A stretch of 64,000 bases of DNA from Macrostomum lignano (Eukaryota): NCBI GenBank assembly GCA_002269645.1, contig NIVC01000581.1, positions 310,001 through 374,000 of the forward strand, read 5' to 3'. Below are positions 1 to 12,100 of this stretch, in pieces. The notes under the pieces are model-generated. The model saw only the letters and a program-made list of their open reading frames with translations. It made no database searches and was not told where the DNA came from. The position numbers and the translations under genes are program-made. Each line of letters starts with the position of its first letter. The stretch's first letter is position 1.

Positions 1-121
1 GATCTCCCAACGGTGGCTGGGCGTATCGCACACCCAAAAACTCCGATATTGTGTTATTGTCCGTGGTCAGCACTGTGCTTCCAACAACTGTGCCATAGCC
101 GCTTACTGAGACATTATAGTT
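1..121 (-). other. Start of COesterase-fold domain 8 (type B), runs off window
   Basis: Hand translation NYNVSVSGYGTVVGSTVLTTDNNTISEFLGVRYAQPPLGD matches the starts of domains 4 and 6. Confidence 0.8.
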
Positions 122-3100
122 CCGAATTGCAGTCCTCGTTCTTCTCGGGATGATCCTGTCAGATTTGGGAGCCTCATTGGTGGTAACGTCAGGCAGAGAC
201 AGCGCGGACTTCCGTCGCAGTGGTTCGGGCGACTTCTTTGCACTTTTCACCAGGCCATCGACATACGGCAGATCATAGTACCAGACTCCGCAGCGTTGAA
301 TAGTGCTGGCTCCTTCGGTGGCATTGTAGCGATCACTATAGAGGTTGTTGTAGTCGGCGTAGTCCCATACTCCGAGTTTTGTTGTCTGCCAGGATGGATC
401 TAAAGTGTTTGGGACGTGGTTTGCATTATTCATCTTGCATATCATGAAATAATTTGAATTTTTAAGAGACATTTGTATTTTTTACTCACTTGGCTTGCCG
501 TCCTTTACGAACTTGACAATGTCGCGCATCATGCGAACGGAAAGGTTTCTGTGCGATTCTGGGTAGGCGATGCCAGTGCCCGCCGGAATGCCAAAGAAGT
601 AGCGCAGATCGGCCTGATGGTCTGAGCCCAGTTGCATTCGATCAGTATCCCATGGGTCTCGAGCAGTAAACACGTACAGGTAGGTCTCAGTGCTGGTCTG
701 GTTCCGGCCCTTCTGCACGATTGTCTCCCACACAGGGCAAAGGAAATAGCGATCTCCGACTGCCTGGCCCCAGGTGTTAAGCAGAGTCTGCTTGTCGGGA
801 CTGCCGATGTAGTCGTCGAAGTACAGATTGATAAAGTCCGTGCCAGTTTCGCTCAGTTTGCGAGGGAATCGCGGGTGGTAAGGGAAAGTTCGGTTGAGAA
901 GCTGAAAATGAATTACGGTTCCAATCATGAATTTTAACCGTTTGGTATTTGTAGAAAACGCACTAAAATTTGGTCAAATTACTATTTACCTGCGTGTAGG
1001 TTTCTGCATCAATGTCAGCGAGGGTTAGATTCTGGTTCACCAGGGCTTGTTCAACATAGCTTCCACCGGTGTCAGTTGTGAATCCCATTAGCATTTCAGT
1101 GTTTGACGAGCCTTGCTCCTGGTGCCTCCAAGCCTCAAGTGGGTCGCGGTTGTTGAAGAAGGCACTATCCAGCACAGGTCTAAACTCTAGAGTGAGAAGT
1201 AGCTGCAGGAATGGAGTTTGAGCGTCCACAATATTTTTAGTATCCAGAGTTTTAAGGCAGGTGATGGCCTCGGAGATATTAGTACTTGGGCAGCCAAGCG
1301 CGAGGGACACGAATGCAAGGTTCAGCTCTCGGGTGTTTTCCTTGCCTCCGTTGCTGTCGTACCAGGCCATTGGCATTGTTGGCGAGCCACCCATCATGAT
1401 CGCTCGCTTGAAATTCTGCTTCGATGCGGTGATGCTGTGGAATCCAACGGCTGCTGCTCCGATGCCGTGGCCAGCTAGTGCAATGTTCTCGGGGTCTCCA
1501 CCGAACATGCTGATGTACCTCTTCACCTCGTTCAACGCCAGACGCTGATCCAACAAACCCATGTTTCCAGGAAGCTCGCTATCGCTAAGATATAGGAAGC
1601 CGAATGCGCCCAGCCGGTAGGCCACAGTGACTAGAACAACATCCTCGTACGAGAGAAGATTCTCACCGAACAGTTCGCGCTGACTGATGGAGCCGGATTC
1701 AAAGTTCCCGCCGTGAAGGTAAACAATCACTGGGTAGTTGCGTCCTTGAACTGCACCGGGCGTCCAGATGTTTAGGTACAGACAGTCTTCAGAGTATGCT
1801 ACACCAAGAGTGCGATTGTCTTGTGGACAAGCATGAGGCAGCGTTTGAGCAATAAATGTGCCCGGACTGTTGGGAATAGCTCTCGGCGGAGCAAATCGGA
1901 GGTCTCCGACAGGAGGTTCCGCATACGGCACGCCCAGAAATCGAGAGATGTTCTTCATTCCGTTTGGTGTGAGAACGCGATGTCCGACGATTGAAAGGTC
2001 AGGAGTGATGGAAGCCGTGGCATTTCCGACAACCGTGCCGTCTGGTCCGATTGGAGGCCGCGTTGGTGGTGCAGTTGGTGGCGGCGTGGTGCCCGTGTCA
2101 TTCAAGCTGTTCACATACGGCAGTATCTCGTCCCAGAATCCGCACTGCTGTCGCCTGTAACCGTCCTTGTACATCCTTGGTGGTAGGTTGTCAGCATCCA
2201 GAAGCAGATGCGATTTGTTGGACGCGTCGTACCGTTCCCAAGGTATCGCGCCGCCAGGCTCGCCGTTTCTAGCAAAATTGACGATCGACTGCATAATTTC
2301 GTCGGACAGCTCGCGCTGCTCATCAGGTCTTGCAGGGCCCGGGCTTGACGGATTGCCGAACACGTAGAACGCGTCTTCGACTAAAATTTATTAATGGACG
2401 TGCAAGAGAATTTGAACACGAAAAGTTAAACTTCTTTACCCGGTATCATTTTTAATATAAAAAACTGCTTAAAAATTTGTAATTAGCAGTGATAATTTTT
2501 ATTTTGTAGTATTCTATCATGAAAGTACATTCTTGTAGATTTTTCTTATGTACTTCAGTATACGGTTACATTTGTTATTTTGGTTTTGGGAAATTACCAT
2601 TCTTGAAGATACCATGATAGTAAATATCTAAAATTCATTCATATGCTTTATAATCCGAAGGTTCAACTCACAAAGGCTAGCGTGCAGCAGTGGAAGTTCT
2701 GACTCCTCATATTCATTGCCCTCTGTGAACAGATAGTTGTAGACTGGCTGGCTGGAAGCTTTGGAGTAGGCGTCAAGGAACTTGTTGTTAGCGCATGTAT
2801 AGTAGCGGTCACTGATGGCGAGGCCCAGGTCTCTGATATCACGCTCGAAATTGCCCTGTCCGTTGTACTGCATGAAGTGGTTGCGCAGGCCATTTCTGCC
2901 GGCAGTCGTCATTGACTTCGGAAACCGCGGAAAATACTCGGTCATGCGCTGTAGAGTCTGAAAAACAGAAAGAAAATTCGAAAGTTACAGATCACGAAAT
3001 AATGTTAATTAATATGGTTAAGCTCAAGTCAAGTACAAACCTGGAGATAAACAGCATGAGTGAAGTTCCCCGGTGTCAAAAGAAGACCGTCAGTGGCTCT

Positions 3101-6100
3101 CTCCAGAAGGAAATTTCCAGGTCGGTCCACTCCACCAAAGATCATGGGCACCTGCATCAGTGAGCTCGGGTTTACAGTCCAAGGATCGCTTGAAATGAAA
3201 TCACCATCGACCACTGGTGGAAACTCAATTCGCTGGAACAACTGTTGGAACACTCCCTGCTGCTCATTGATCTCATTGGCAGACAGGCCGCGAATGCAAG
3301 ACAGCAGCTCAGCCCCCTGGCAGCGGAGCCTGGTTCGAACAAAAGTCACTTGCAACTCTCGCGCCTCCTCGGTATCGTTCGTCAGCGGGTAGGACATGTA
3401 CGGAGAGCCGGTCATGAGGACGACCTGGTGAAACCGGTTCTGCCCTGGCCTGGCCATATGGTAACCGATCGACACGGCGCCAGCCTCCACGCCCATCAGG
3501 GTGATGCGGTTCTTGTTGCCGCCGAAGCTCTCAATGTTATCGGCCACCCACTGCAAGGCCATCTCCTGATCCCACAGACCGTAGTTTCCGATCACCTCCT
3601 TGTTGTCGAGGGACAAGAAGCCAAACACACCTAAACGGTAGTTGATGGTAACCACGACTGCGTCATGGTGATCCAGGATCATGCTTCCCTGCCAACGATC
3701 TTCGCCAACGCTTCCAACTTCAAAGAAACCTCCGTGAAGGAAAACTAGCACAGGCAGATTGGTGACATCTCTACCCTCTCGCTTCGGAGTCCAGACGTTG
3801 AGATAGAGGCAGTCTTCGGACATTGTGAAATTGTAATTCTGCATCTGCATACAAGCTGGCGGCATCTGTTGTGCAATGTGCTGTGTATCTGCAAAAAATA
3901 TTAGAATTAGACAGTCTGTAAACCTACACGCTTGATTATTTATAAACCATAATAAAGGCTTGAAATCCCACCTGATGTTGTGGAAGGCTTAACCGGCTTA
4001 GCCAACCGAAGATTTCCTACGGGTGGCTGTGCGAACGGAATTCCAAGGAAGTGAGACATTGTGACATTTGAGATTGTTCTTATGGTGTGTCCACGAACGT
4101 GACCGAAGTCAGGAACCTGAATAGTGTAATTCGCAATGACTTCGTGCACATTGAACGGTGTGGCGCGCTGAGGCTGCAAGTTGGGTGTCCTGGCCGGCCG
4201 CTCGCCACTGCTAGCGAGCAGTTTGACAAAGTTTTCTTCCTCGCTTGCTGTCGTAGTCGGGACCAGCGTGTTCACGTAGGGCAGCTCATTCTTCCAGACC
4301 GGGCAGCGGCCACTGTTTAGACCGAAGCCGTCGCCAACCATGACTGAGATCACGTTTCCAGCACCGCCTGAGTCTGGCAGAACAACGTCGTACAGCAGGA
4401 AGTCTGAGTTTTGGAAGCTCGTTCGGTTCCAGCGGGCAGGAGCTAAAGAAAAAACAGACTTAGTTTTAGAGCAAGCACAAAATGAAGCACCAAAAAACAG
4501 TAACAAAACCATTAAATGATCCTAGGAAAGCTCACCTGATCCACCAATATACTGAACAAAGTCGTCCATCATCAGTCGAGACAGATCCTTGTGAACCTCC
4601 GGATATCCATCTAGCCTCATGGGCTCGCCAAACAGGTAGCGGATGTCGCCCCAGTGGTCAGCGCCGATCAGGCCCTCCTGCGCCCTGAACGGGTCCTCCA
4701 CATCTAGGTAGTACATGTGAATGTCGTGCTGCTTGTCCCTCAGAAGGTCGCTTGTGGCCTCCCAGATGGGGCACAGGAAATTGAAGTCACCCATCGCCCT
4801 CGACCAGATGGCCTTGATCCGCTCGTTGTAGTCGTAGTAGTTCCACTCGGTGAGGGCCAGCTTGAGGAATTGAATTCCAGTAGCCGTGTTCCTTTCCGGG
4901 AAGCGAGGGAAGTAGTTAAACTGCAGCTCCACGATCTGAAAGGTATTCAAGAAAAGGTATGGCATCGATGCTTCTTTCGTTTAATAAAGGATTTTTGGAT
5001 TTTATAGTGCAAGCTGTTTCACCTTTTATAGTGAAACAGAGGTATGGTAAGTTGCTCACCCTTTCGAAAATAGTTCGGTTCAGCGACTCCCAGGAAATGT
5101 TCCTTCGAGCCAGCGACTGCTCGATGTAGTAGCGACCAGAGTCTGAGCCCACGCCTGTCATGTACGGCTTGTCCATCTCGCCCTTCCACCAGCGATCATA
5201 TGGATGGGTGTGGTTGAAAAACGACTGGTTGAACACGGGCAGGAACACCAAGTGATCTCTCGAGTGCTGCATGTTAAGCTGTTCCGTCATGATCCTATCC
5301 AATGTAAGGTTTCTCAGACATTCCAAAACCGAATCAAGTGGGCCTCTTGCGCAGTCAAGCTGAACATTGACAAAATGCTCGCTATCTTCAAGAACCTCTT
5401 GGGTCGAGCTCGACCAAGCCAGCGGCATCGACGGAGATCCGCCCATCAAGATCATCCGGTCGAAGAAGTCCTTCGAATCCGTGACAGCGTGGAAGCCAGC
5501 CGACGCGGCGTCCGTCCCGTGACCCATCAGAGTAATCTGCGTCCTGCTGCCTCCAAAGAAGGGGATCACTCTTTGGATGAAGTCGAGAGCAAGCCGTTGG
5601 TCCATCAGACCGAAGTTTCCGGGCAGCTTCTCGTCGTCCAGGAACAGGAAGCCGAGCGCGCCCAGTCGGTAGTTGACCGTGATGAGAATGACGTCCTCGT
5701 TCTCGAGAAGCTGCTCACCTCGATACTCTGGCAGACTGTTAGCTCCACTCGTGTAGTTGCCGCCATGCAGGAACACTGCTGTTGGATAACTTCTGGACGT
5801 GTCGCGCGGTGCCCAAATGTTCAGGTACAGACAATCCTCAGACATGCTTCCTCCTGGAACTGGATTGATGGTTTGTGGACAGGCCGGCGGCATTGTCTTT
5901 GCTGTGTAGTTGCCACCCTTTGGTAATGAAGCCTGGCTCCACCGAGTGAGTGGCATTTCCGCGTAGGGCAGACCCAGGAATCGCTTGATGATCTTTCCGT
6001 TTGGCAGTCGCACCAAGTCTCCGGCGATGCTGATCCTGTTTTGCGTTCTTCCGAGGTCGATTTCAATGATGATTTCCTCAATAATGCCGCCATCGGGACC

Positions 6101-9100
6101 GATCGGAGGTCTGGTCGGCGGCGGCGCAGTATCGTTCAGGCTGTTGACGAACGGTAAAGTGTGGTCCCAGAAGCCACACTCCTGTCTCCTGTACCCATCA
6201 GGATACATCGTCGGAGGGAGATGGTCGGCGTCGAGCAGCAGATGAGACTTCTTCTCAGAGTCGTACGGGTCCCATTTCAAAAGGTCAGATGGACTGCCGG
6301 TTCGGGCAAACTGAACGATGGCGTGCATGATGGCGTCGGACAGCCGCCGCTGTTGGTCTGGCACAATTGGACCGGGGCTGGAGGGATTGCCAAACACATA
6401 GAATGCGTCCTCGACTGAAAGGGAAAAATTAATAAGTGTTGCAGATTCTTAAGTTTTTTAAGTTTACGAGCTTAAGCAGTTTGACTTTAAAATGCTGTGA
6501 GAGAAAACGAAAATCAATACTGCAGCTTTCGACTCACAAAGACTTGCATGCTGCAGGGGAAGCTCTGTGTCTCCCTTGTATTCCTTGCCCTCAGTGAACA
6601 GATAATTGTAAACAGGCTTGCCCGAGGCTTTGGAGTACGCATCAAGGAACTTGTTATTCGCGCAGGTGAAGTAGCGATCGCTGAGCGCTAGTCCTAGGTC
6701 TCTGAGATCCCGCTCAAAATTGCCCTGTCCATTGTACTGCATGAAGTGGTTGCGCAGGCCCGTCCGCCCGGACACAGTCATGCTCTTGGGGTATCTCGGG
6801 AAGAATTCGTTCATACTTTGCAGAATCTAAAAGTTCAGAGCACCGACTTGTTCTTTTGGATTGAATTAAAGTGTGCGGTTTTTGCGACGTCCTGAGCAAA
6901 AAATATTAAAATTATGAGTAGGAGCTATTTAAGCGCATCCATTACTTTTTATTTAATGATACGTAAGAAAACTTAGAAAAAATTTGTCTTTATAGGTAAA
7001 AAATACGTGAGCAAAATTCCTGACACAATTTAATTTCCAGATTGCATAAAACTTTAAAGAGAATTACTCACCGTTAAGTACGCGTTATGACTAAAGTTCT
7101 CTGGCACAAGGATCTCAGTGTCCACCAGTCTTTCGATAAACGTGTTTCCAGGTCGGTCCACTCCTCCAAAGATCATGGGCACCTGCATCAGTGTGCTCGG
7201 GTCCATCGTCCAAGGATCCAACCTGATGAAGTCACCATCAATAATGGGTGGGAATTCAAGCCGCTGGAACAGTTGCTGGAACACGTCCTGCTGCTCATTA
7301 ATTGAATCAGCCGGTTGACTCCGAATGCACTCTAGAGCTTCAGCTGGGTCGACTGGGCATCGCAATCTTCGCAAAAAGCTGTATTGCAGGTCACGAACTT
7401 CCTCAATGTCATCCGACAGCGGGTAGGACATGTACGGAGAGCCGGTCATGAGGACGACCTGGTGAAACCGGTTCTGCTTTGGCCTGGCCATGTGGTAACC
7501 GATCGACACGGCGCCAGCCTCCACGCCCATCAGGGTGATGCGGTTCTTGTTGCCGCCGAAGCTCTCAATGTTATCGGCCACCCACTGCAAAGCCATCTCC
7601 TGATCCCACAGACCGTAGTTTCCGATCACCTCCTTGTTGTCGAGTGACAGGAAGCCGAAAGCTCCAAGACGATAGTTCATGGTAACCACGACTGCATCGT
7701 AGTGATCCAAGATCATGCTTCCCTGCCAGCGATCCTCGCTAATACCTCCGACTTCAAAAAAGCCTCCATGAATAAAAACAAGCACGGAGATGTCATTCAC
7801 GTTCCTGCCAGCGCGTCTTGGAGTCCAAATATTGAGGTAGAGACAATCCTCAGACATGTTCCGGTTGTGATGCTCTCTCTGGATGCACATTGGCGGCATT
7901 GTCAGTGCCAAATGCTTTGAGTCTGGAATTGAGATATAAAAATGTTTAGGTTAAATGCATTGTTTTATATGGAGTAACTATTATAAATTTGGCTCAAAAT
8001 TAATGAAAATGTGCACCTGATGTTGTATGTGGCTTCACTGGCTTTGCCAATCGACGATTTCCGACAGGCGGCTGCGCATACCGAACTCCGAGAAACTGGG
8101 ACATGGTGATATTGTTCGACAGAGTCATGATGGTCTGCCCCGTCACCTTGCCGAAGCCGGGAACGTCCACAGTATAGTTCGACACGACTTCGTAGAGATT
8201 AAACTCCGATTCGTCTTTTACGCTGCTGGTCTTTCCGATTGCTGGTCGCTTTCTGCTTGCACTGACGGTTATTTTCGAAGTCTCTTCTTCCTGGAAGGGG
8301 GCGCTGACAAACGATTTGACGTAGGGCAGCTCGTTTTTCCAGAGCGGGCACCGGCCAGTGTTCAGGCCGAAACCGTCCGGCACCATGACAGAGACCAGGT
8401 TTCCCGGACCGCCGGAGTCCGTTTGCAGGATGTCGTACAGTAGAAAGTCTGACGTCTCCTGGCTTGTTGCATTCCAGTGAGATGGTGCTGCAAATTGGGA
8501 AGACAGCTTGCTCTGTACATGAAGTTAATAATCTGTACAGCACTTAATAATTTGCCACTAAAGACAAATTTCGAGCACGAGCAATAGTAATTTACTGTAA
8601 AACTGTTGCATGTTATTCTTACCAGAGTACCCGCCAGTGGCTTAACTTAATCGACATATTTTTTCGTTTTGTTTTTACAATATTTGATCAGTTGATGTTT
8701 TGGCAATGCTTGGTACAGATTGCCTCCTAAAATATTCTATTTTTCGGTCTTTTTATTGCTGATTATAAGGATCACAAAGGAAAACTACGAGTTGAGAGTT
8801 TGTGAGATTAAAAATACTGTTTTTAAATAATTTGAGCAAAACTGAAAACTAATCAATACGAGGGTAGCTCGAATAAAGATGTGTATAAAGAAGCTTTTAA
8901 AGTAATCCTAGTATTAATAGCTTTATCAGAGGACTATCAAGTGGTCATTTAAACAAACTCTACAGAACAGCATGAACGATATGTCTGATTTTTTAACTTT
9001 TCTTGCATATTGGTAGTCAATAGCTAGCTCGTACAAAAATATTTTTTCAAACTTTGATTAAAACACTGTTTAAAACTACGCTACGAGTACGATGCTTAAA

Positions 9101-12100
9101 TTGAATTTATGGCCAACCAAGCATTTAAGATGGACACAATATGCATTTCGGTTTAAAAGTCAGTGGTCCAGGTTTTCTTTACTCCTATCTTCTGTTTTTC
9201 TTCTTATGCAGAAATTCTGCTGACGAAAGTCTTTCTTTGAAATAGGAAATAATTGAAAATAAAATCGTACTACGCTTCCCTAACGTTTTTTGGCTCTCAC
9301 CTGATCCCCCAATGTACTGGACAAAGTCGTGCATCATCAGTCGGGAAAGGTTCTTGTGAACCTCCGGGTACAAATCCTTCCTGAGCGGCTCGCCAAACAG
9401 GTAGCGGATGTCGCCCCAGTGGTCAGCACCGATCAGATCCTCCTGTACCCGCAACGGGTCCTCCACATCTATGTAGTACATGTGAATGTCGTGCTGTTTG
9501 GCCCTCAGTAGGTCGCTCGTGGCCTCCCAGATGGGGCACAGAAAGTTAAAGTCACCCATCGCCCTGGACCAGATAGCCTTGATCCGCTTGTTGTAGTCGT
9601 AGTAGTTCCACTCAGTGAGGGCCAGCTTGAGGAATTGAATTCCGGTAGCCGTGTTCCTCTCCGGGAAGCGGGGGAAGTAGTTAAACTGCAGCTCCACGAT
9701 CTGGAACGTTTGCCATTTGCATTTCAATCATATTCTCAATGAGTTATTATGTTTTCCGTTATTTTAAATAGCTCAAAACAGTTAGTTTTTCTTACCCTTT
9801 CGAAAATAGTTCGGTTCAGCGACTCCCAGGAGATGTTCCGTCGAGCCAGCGACTGCTCGATGTAGTAGCGACCAGAGTCTGAGCCCACGCCTGTCATGTA
9901 CGGCTTGTCCATCTCGCCCTTGGACCAAGCGTCGTACGGGTGCGTGTAGTTAAAAAACGACTGATTGAACACGGGCAGGAATACCAAGTGATCTCTCGAG
10001 TGCTGCATGTTCAGCTGTTCCGTCATGATCTTATCCAATGTAAGATTTCTCAGACACTCCAAAACCGAATCAAGTGGGCCTCTTGCGCATTCGAGTTGAA
10101 CATTGACAAAATGCTCGCTATCTTCAAGAACCTTCTGAGTCGAGCTCGACCAAGCCAGCGGCATCGACGGAGATCCGCCCATCAAGATCATCCGGTCGAA
10201 GAAGTCCTTCGAATCCGTGACAGCATGGAAGCCGGCCGACGCGGCGTCCGTCCCGTGACCCATCAGAGTGATCTGCGTCCTGCTGCCTCCAAAAAAGGGA
10301 ATCACTCTTTGGATGAAGTCGAGAGCGAGCCGTTGGTCCATCAGACCGAAGTTTCCGGGCAGCTTCTCGTCGTCCAGGAACAGGAAGCCGAGCGCGCCCA
10401 GTCGGTAGTTGACGGTGATGAGAATAACGTCCTCGTTCTCGAGAAGCTGCTCACCTCGATACTCTGGCAGACTGTTAGCTCCACTCGTGTAGTTCCCACC
10501 GTGCAGGAACACTACTGTCGGGTACGTCGTTGAAGTATCGTTTGGAAAAAAGACGTTTATGTACAGACAATCCTCAGACATGCTTCTTTCCGGAACTGGA
10601 TTGATGGTTTGCGGACAGGCTGGTGGCATAGACTTCGCTGTGTAGTTGCCACCCTTCGGAAATGAAGCGTAGCTCCACCGAGTGAGAGGCATTTCCGCAT
10701 AGGGCAGACCCAGGAATCGCTTGATGATCTTTCCGTTTGCTAGTCGAACCACGTCTCCGGCGATGCTGATCCTGTTTTGCGTTCTTCCGAGGTCGATTTC
10801 AATGATGATTTCATCGATAATTTCTCCCTCTGGTCCGATCGGAGGCCTGGTTGGTTCCGGCGGCTCCTTCAGCTCATTGACGTAGGGAAGAACCTCCTGC
10901 CAGAATCCGCAGTCGTTAATCCGGAAGCCCCAATTTACCGACACATTGTGCACCTGCGCATCGAGCACAAGGTAGGGCTTTAGATTTGCCGTGTACTCCC
11001 ACCACAGGTCGAGACTGTTTTCAGGATTGGGATTTCCTGTCTTGGCGAAGTGCGTGAATAATTCGATCATCTTTTCGGACAGACTTTTCTGTTCATCGTT
11101 CCACTCAGGTCCTTGCAAAGGATTTCCGAAGAGATAGAAGGTGTCCTCGGCTGTAGAGTAGATTTGTGAATATATATTGATTTATTTGGCTTTTTTGGAT
11201 TGATTTTTTTTCGGCTGCTAATAAAAATGCAATAAAATGGCACCTACACAAGCTTGCTCCATCGGATGTAATATTTTCAACATTGGACTTCTCGGAGAAC
11301 ACATAGTGATATAGGAATGCATCAAGCGGATGCCGCTTAGAGATCACTTGCTGCAGGTATTCGTTGTTTCCGCAGGTGTAGAAGCGGTCACTATAGGCCT
11401 CACTAAGGCTGTCAATCAGCACCTGCCTATGCAGAAGCGGCGGTCGGTATTGCATCCCGATCAGCGTGGCTCCGGGCTGCTTCAGCTCCTTAGGTAGCCT
11501 CGGGTTGTAGTATGATGCGTTAACGATGTTCTGCAAGTGTTTATGGTTGCATAGTGAATTATTCATCTACGAGTACTTATAAAACTCACCCACATATTTT
11601 AGAGGCCTTACCTGCAGCACTTCATCATAAGAAATGTTTGCCAAGTCCAGCTCGCCGAAGCGAATCCTGCGGTTGATGATCTCATTTCCCGGCCTGTCGA
11701 CAAATCCGACGATCATGGGCACCTGGGACATGTCGCCCTGCTGCACCGAATGCCACGGGTCCTCCTTGAGAAAGTCTCCGTCGACTGTGACCAGGGCCTC
11801 CGGACCGAACTTGTTGGCGAACTCGTTAGTGTAGACACTGTTGATATCCGACACGGACTTGGCCCGCATGCAAGCCAACTGGGCGTCCGTGGTGCTGTTG
11901 TTGCATCCCATTAGCTGCAGGTATTGTTCGATGCGCATGCGGGTGCCATCGGTGTCGTTGTTCAGGGGATAGGCCATAGACGGACTGCCCGTCTGGAGAA
12001 TCACCCTGGAGATCCGGGTCTCGTTGCGGATCAGGTGGTAGCCAATGGACACGGCTCCGGCGTCGTCGCCCACGGCGGTGATGAGACTGGCGTTGCCACC

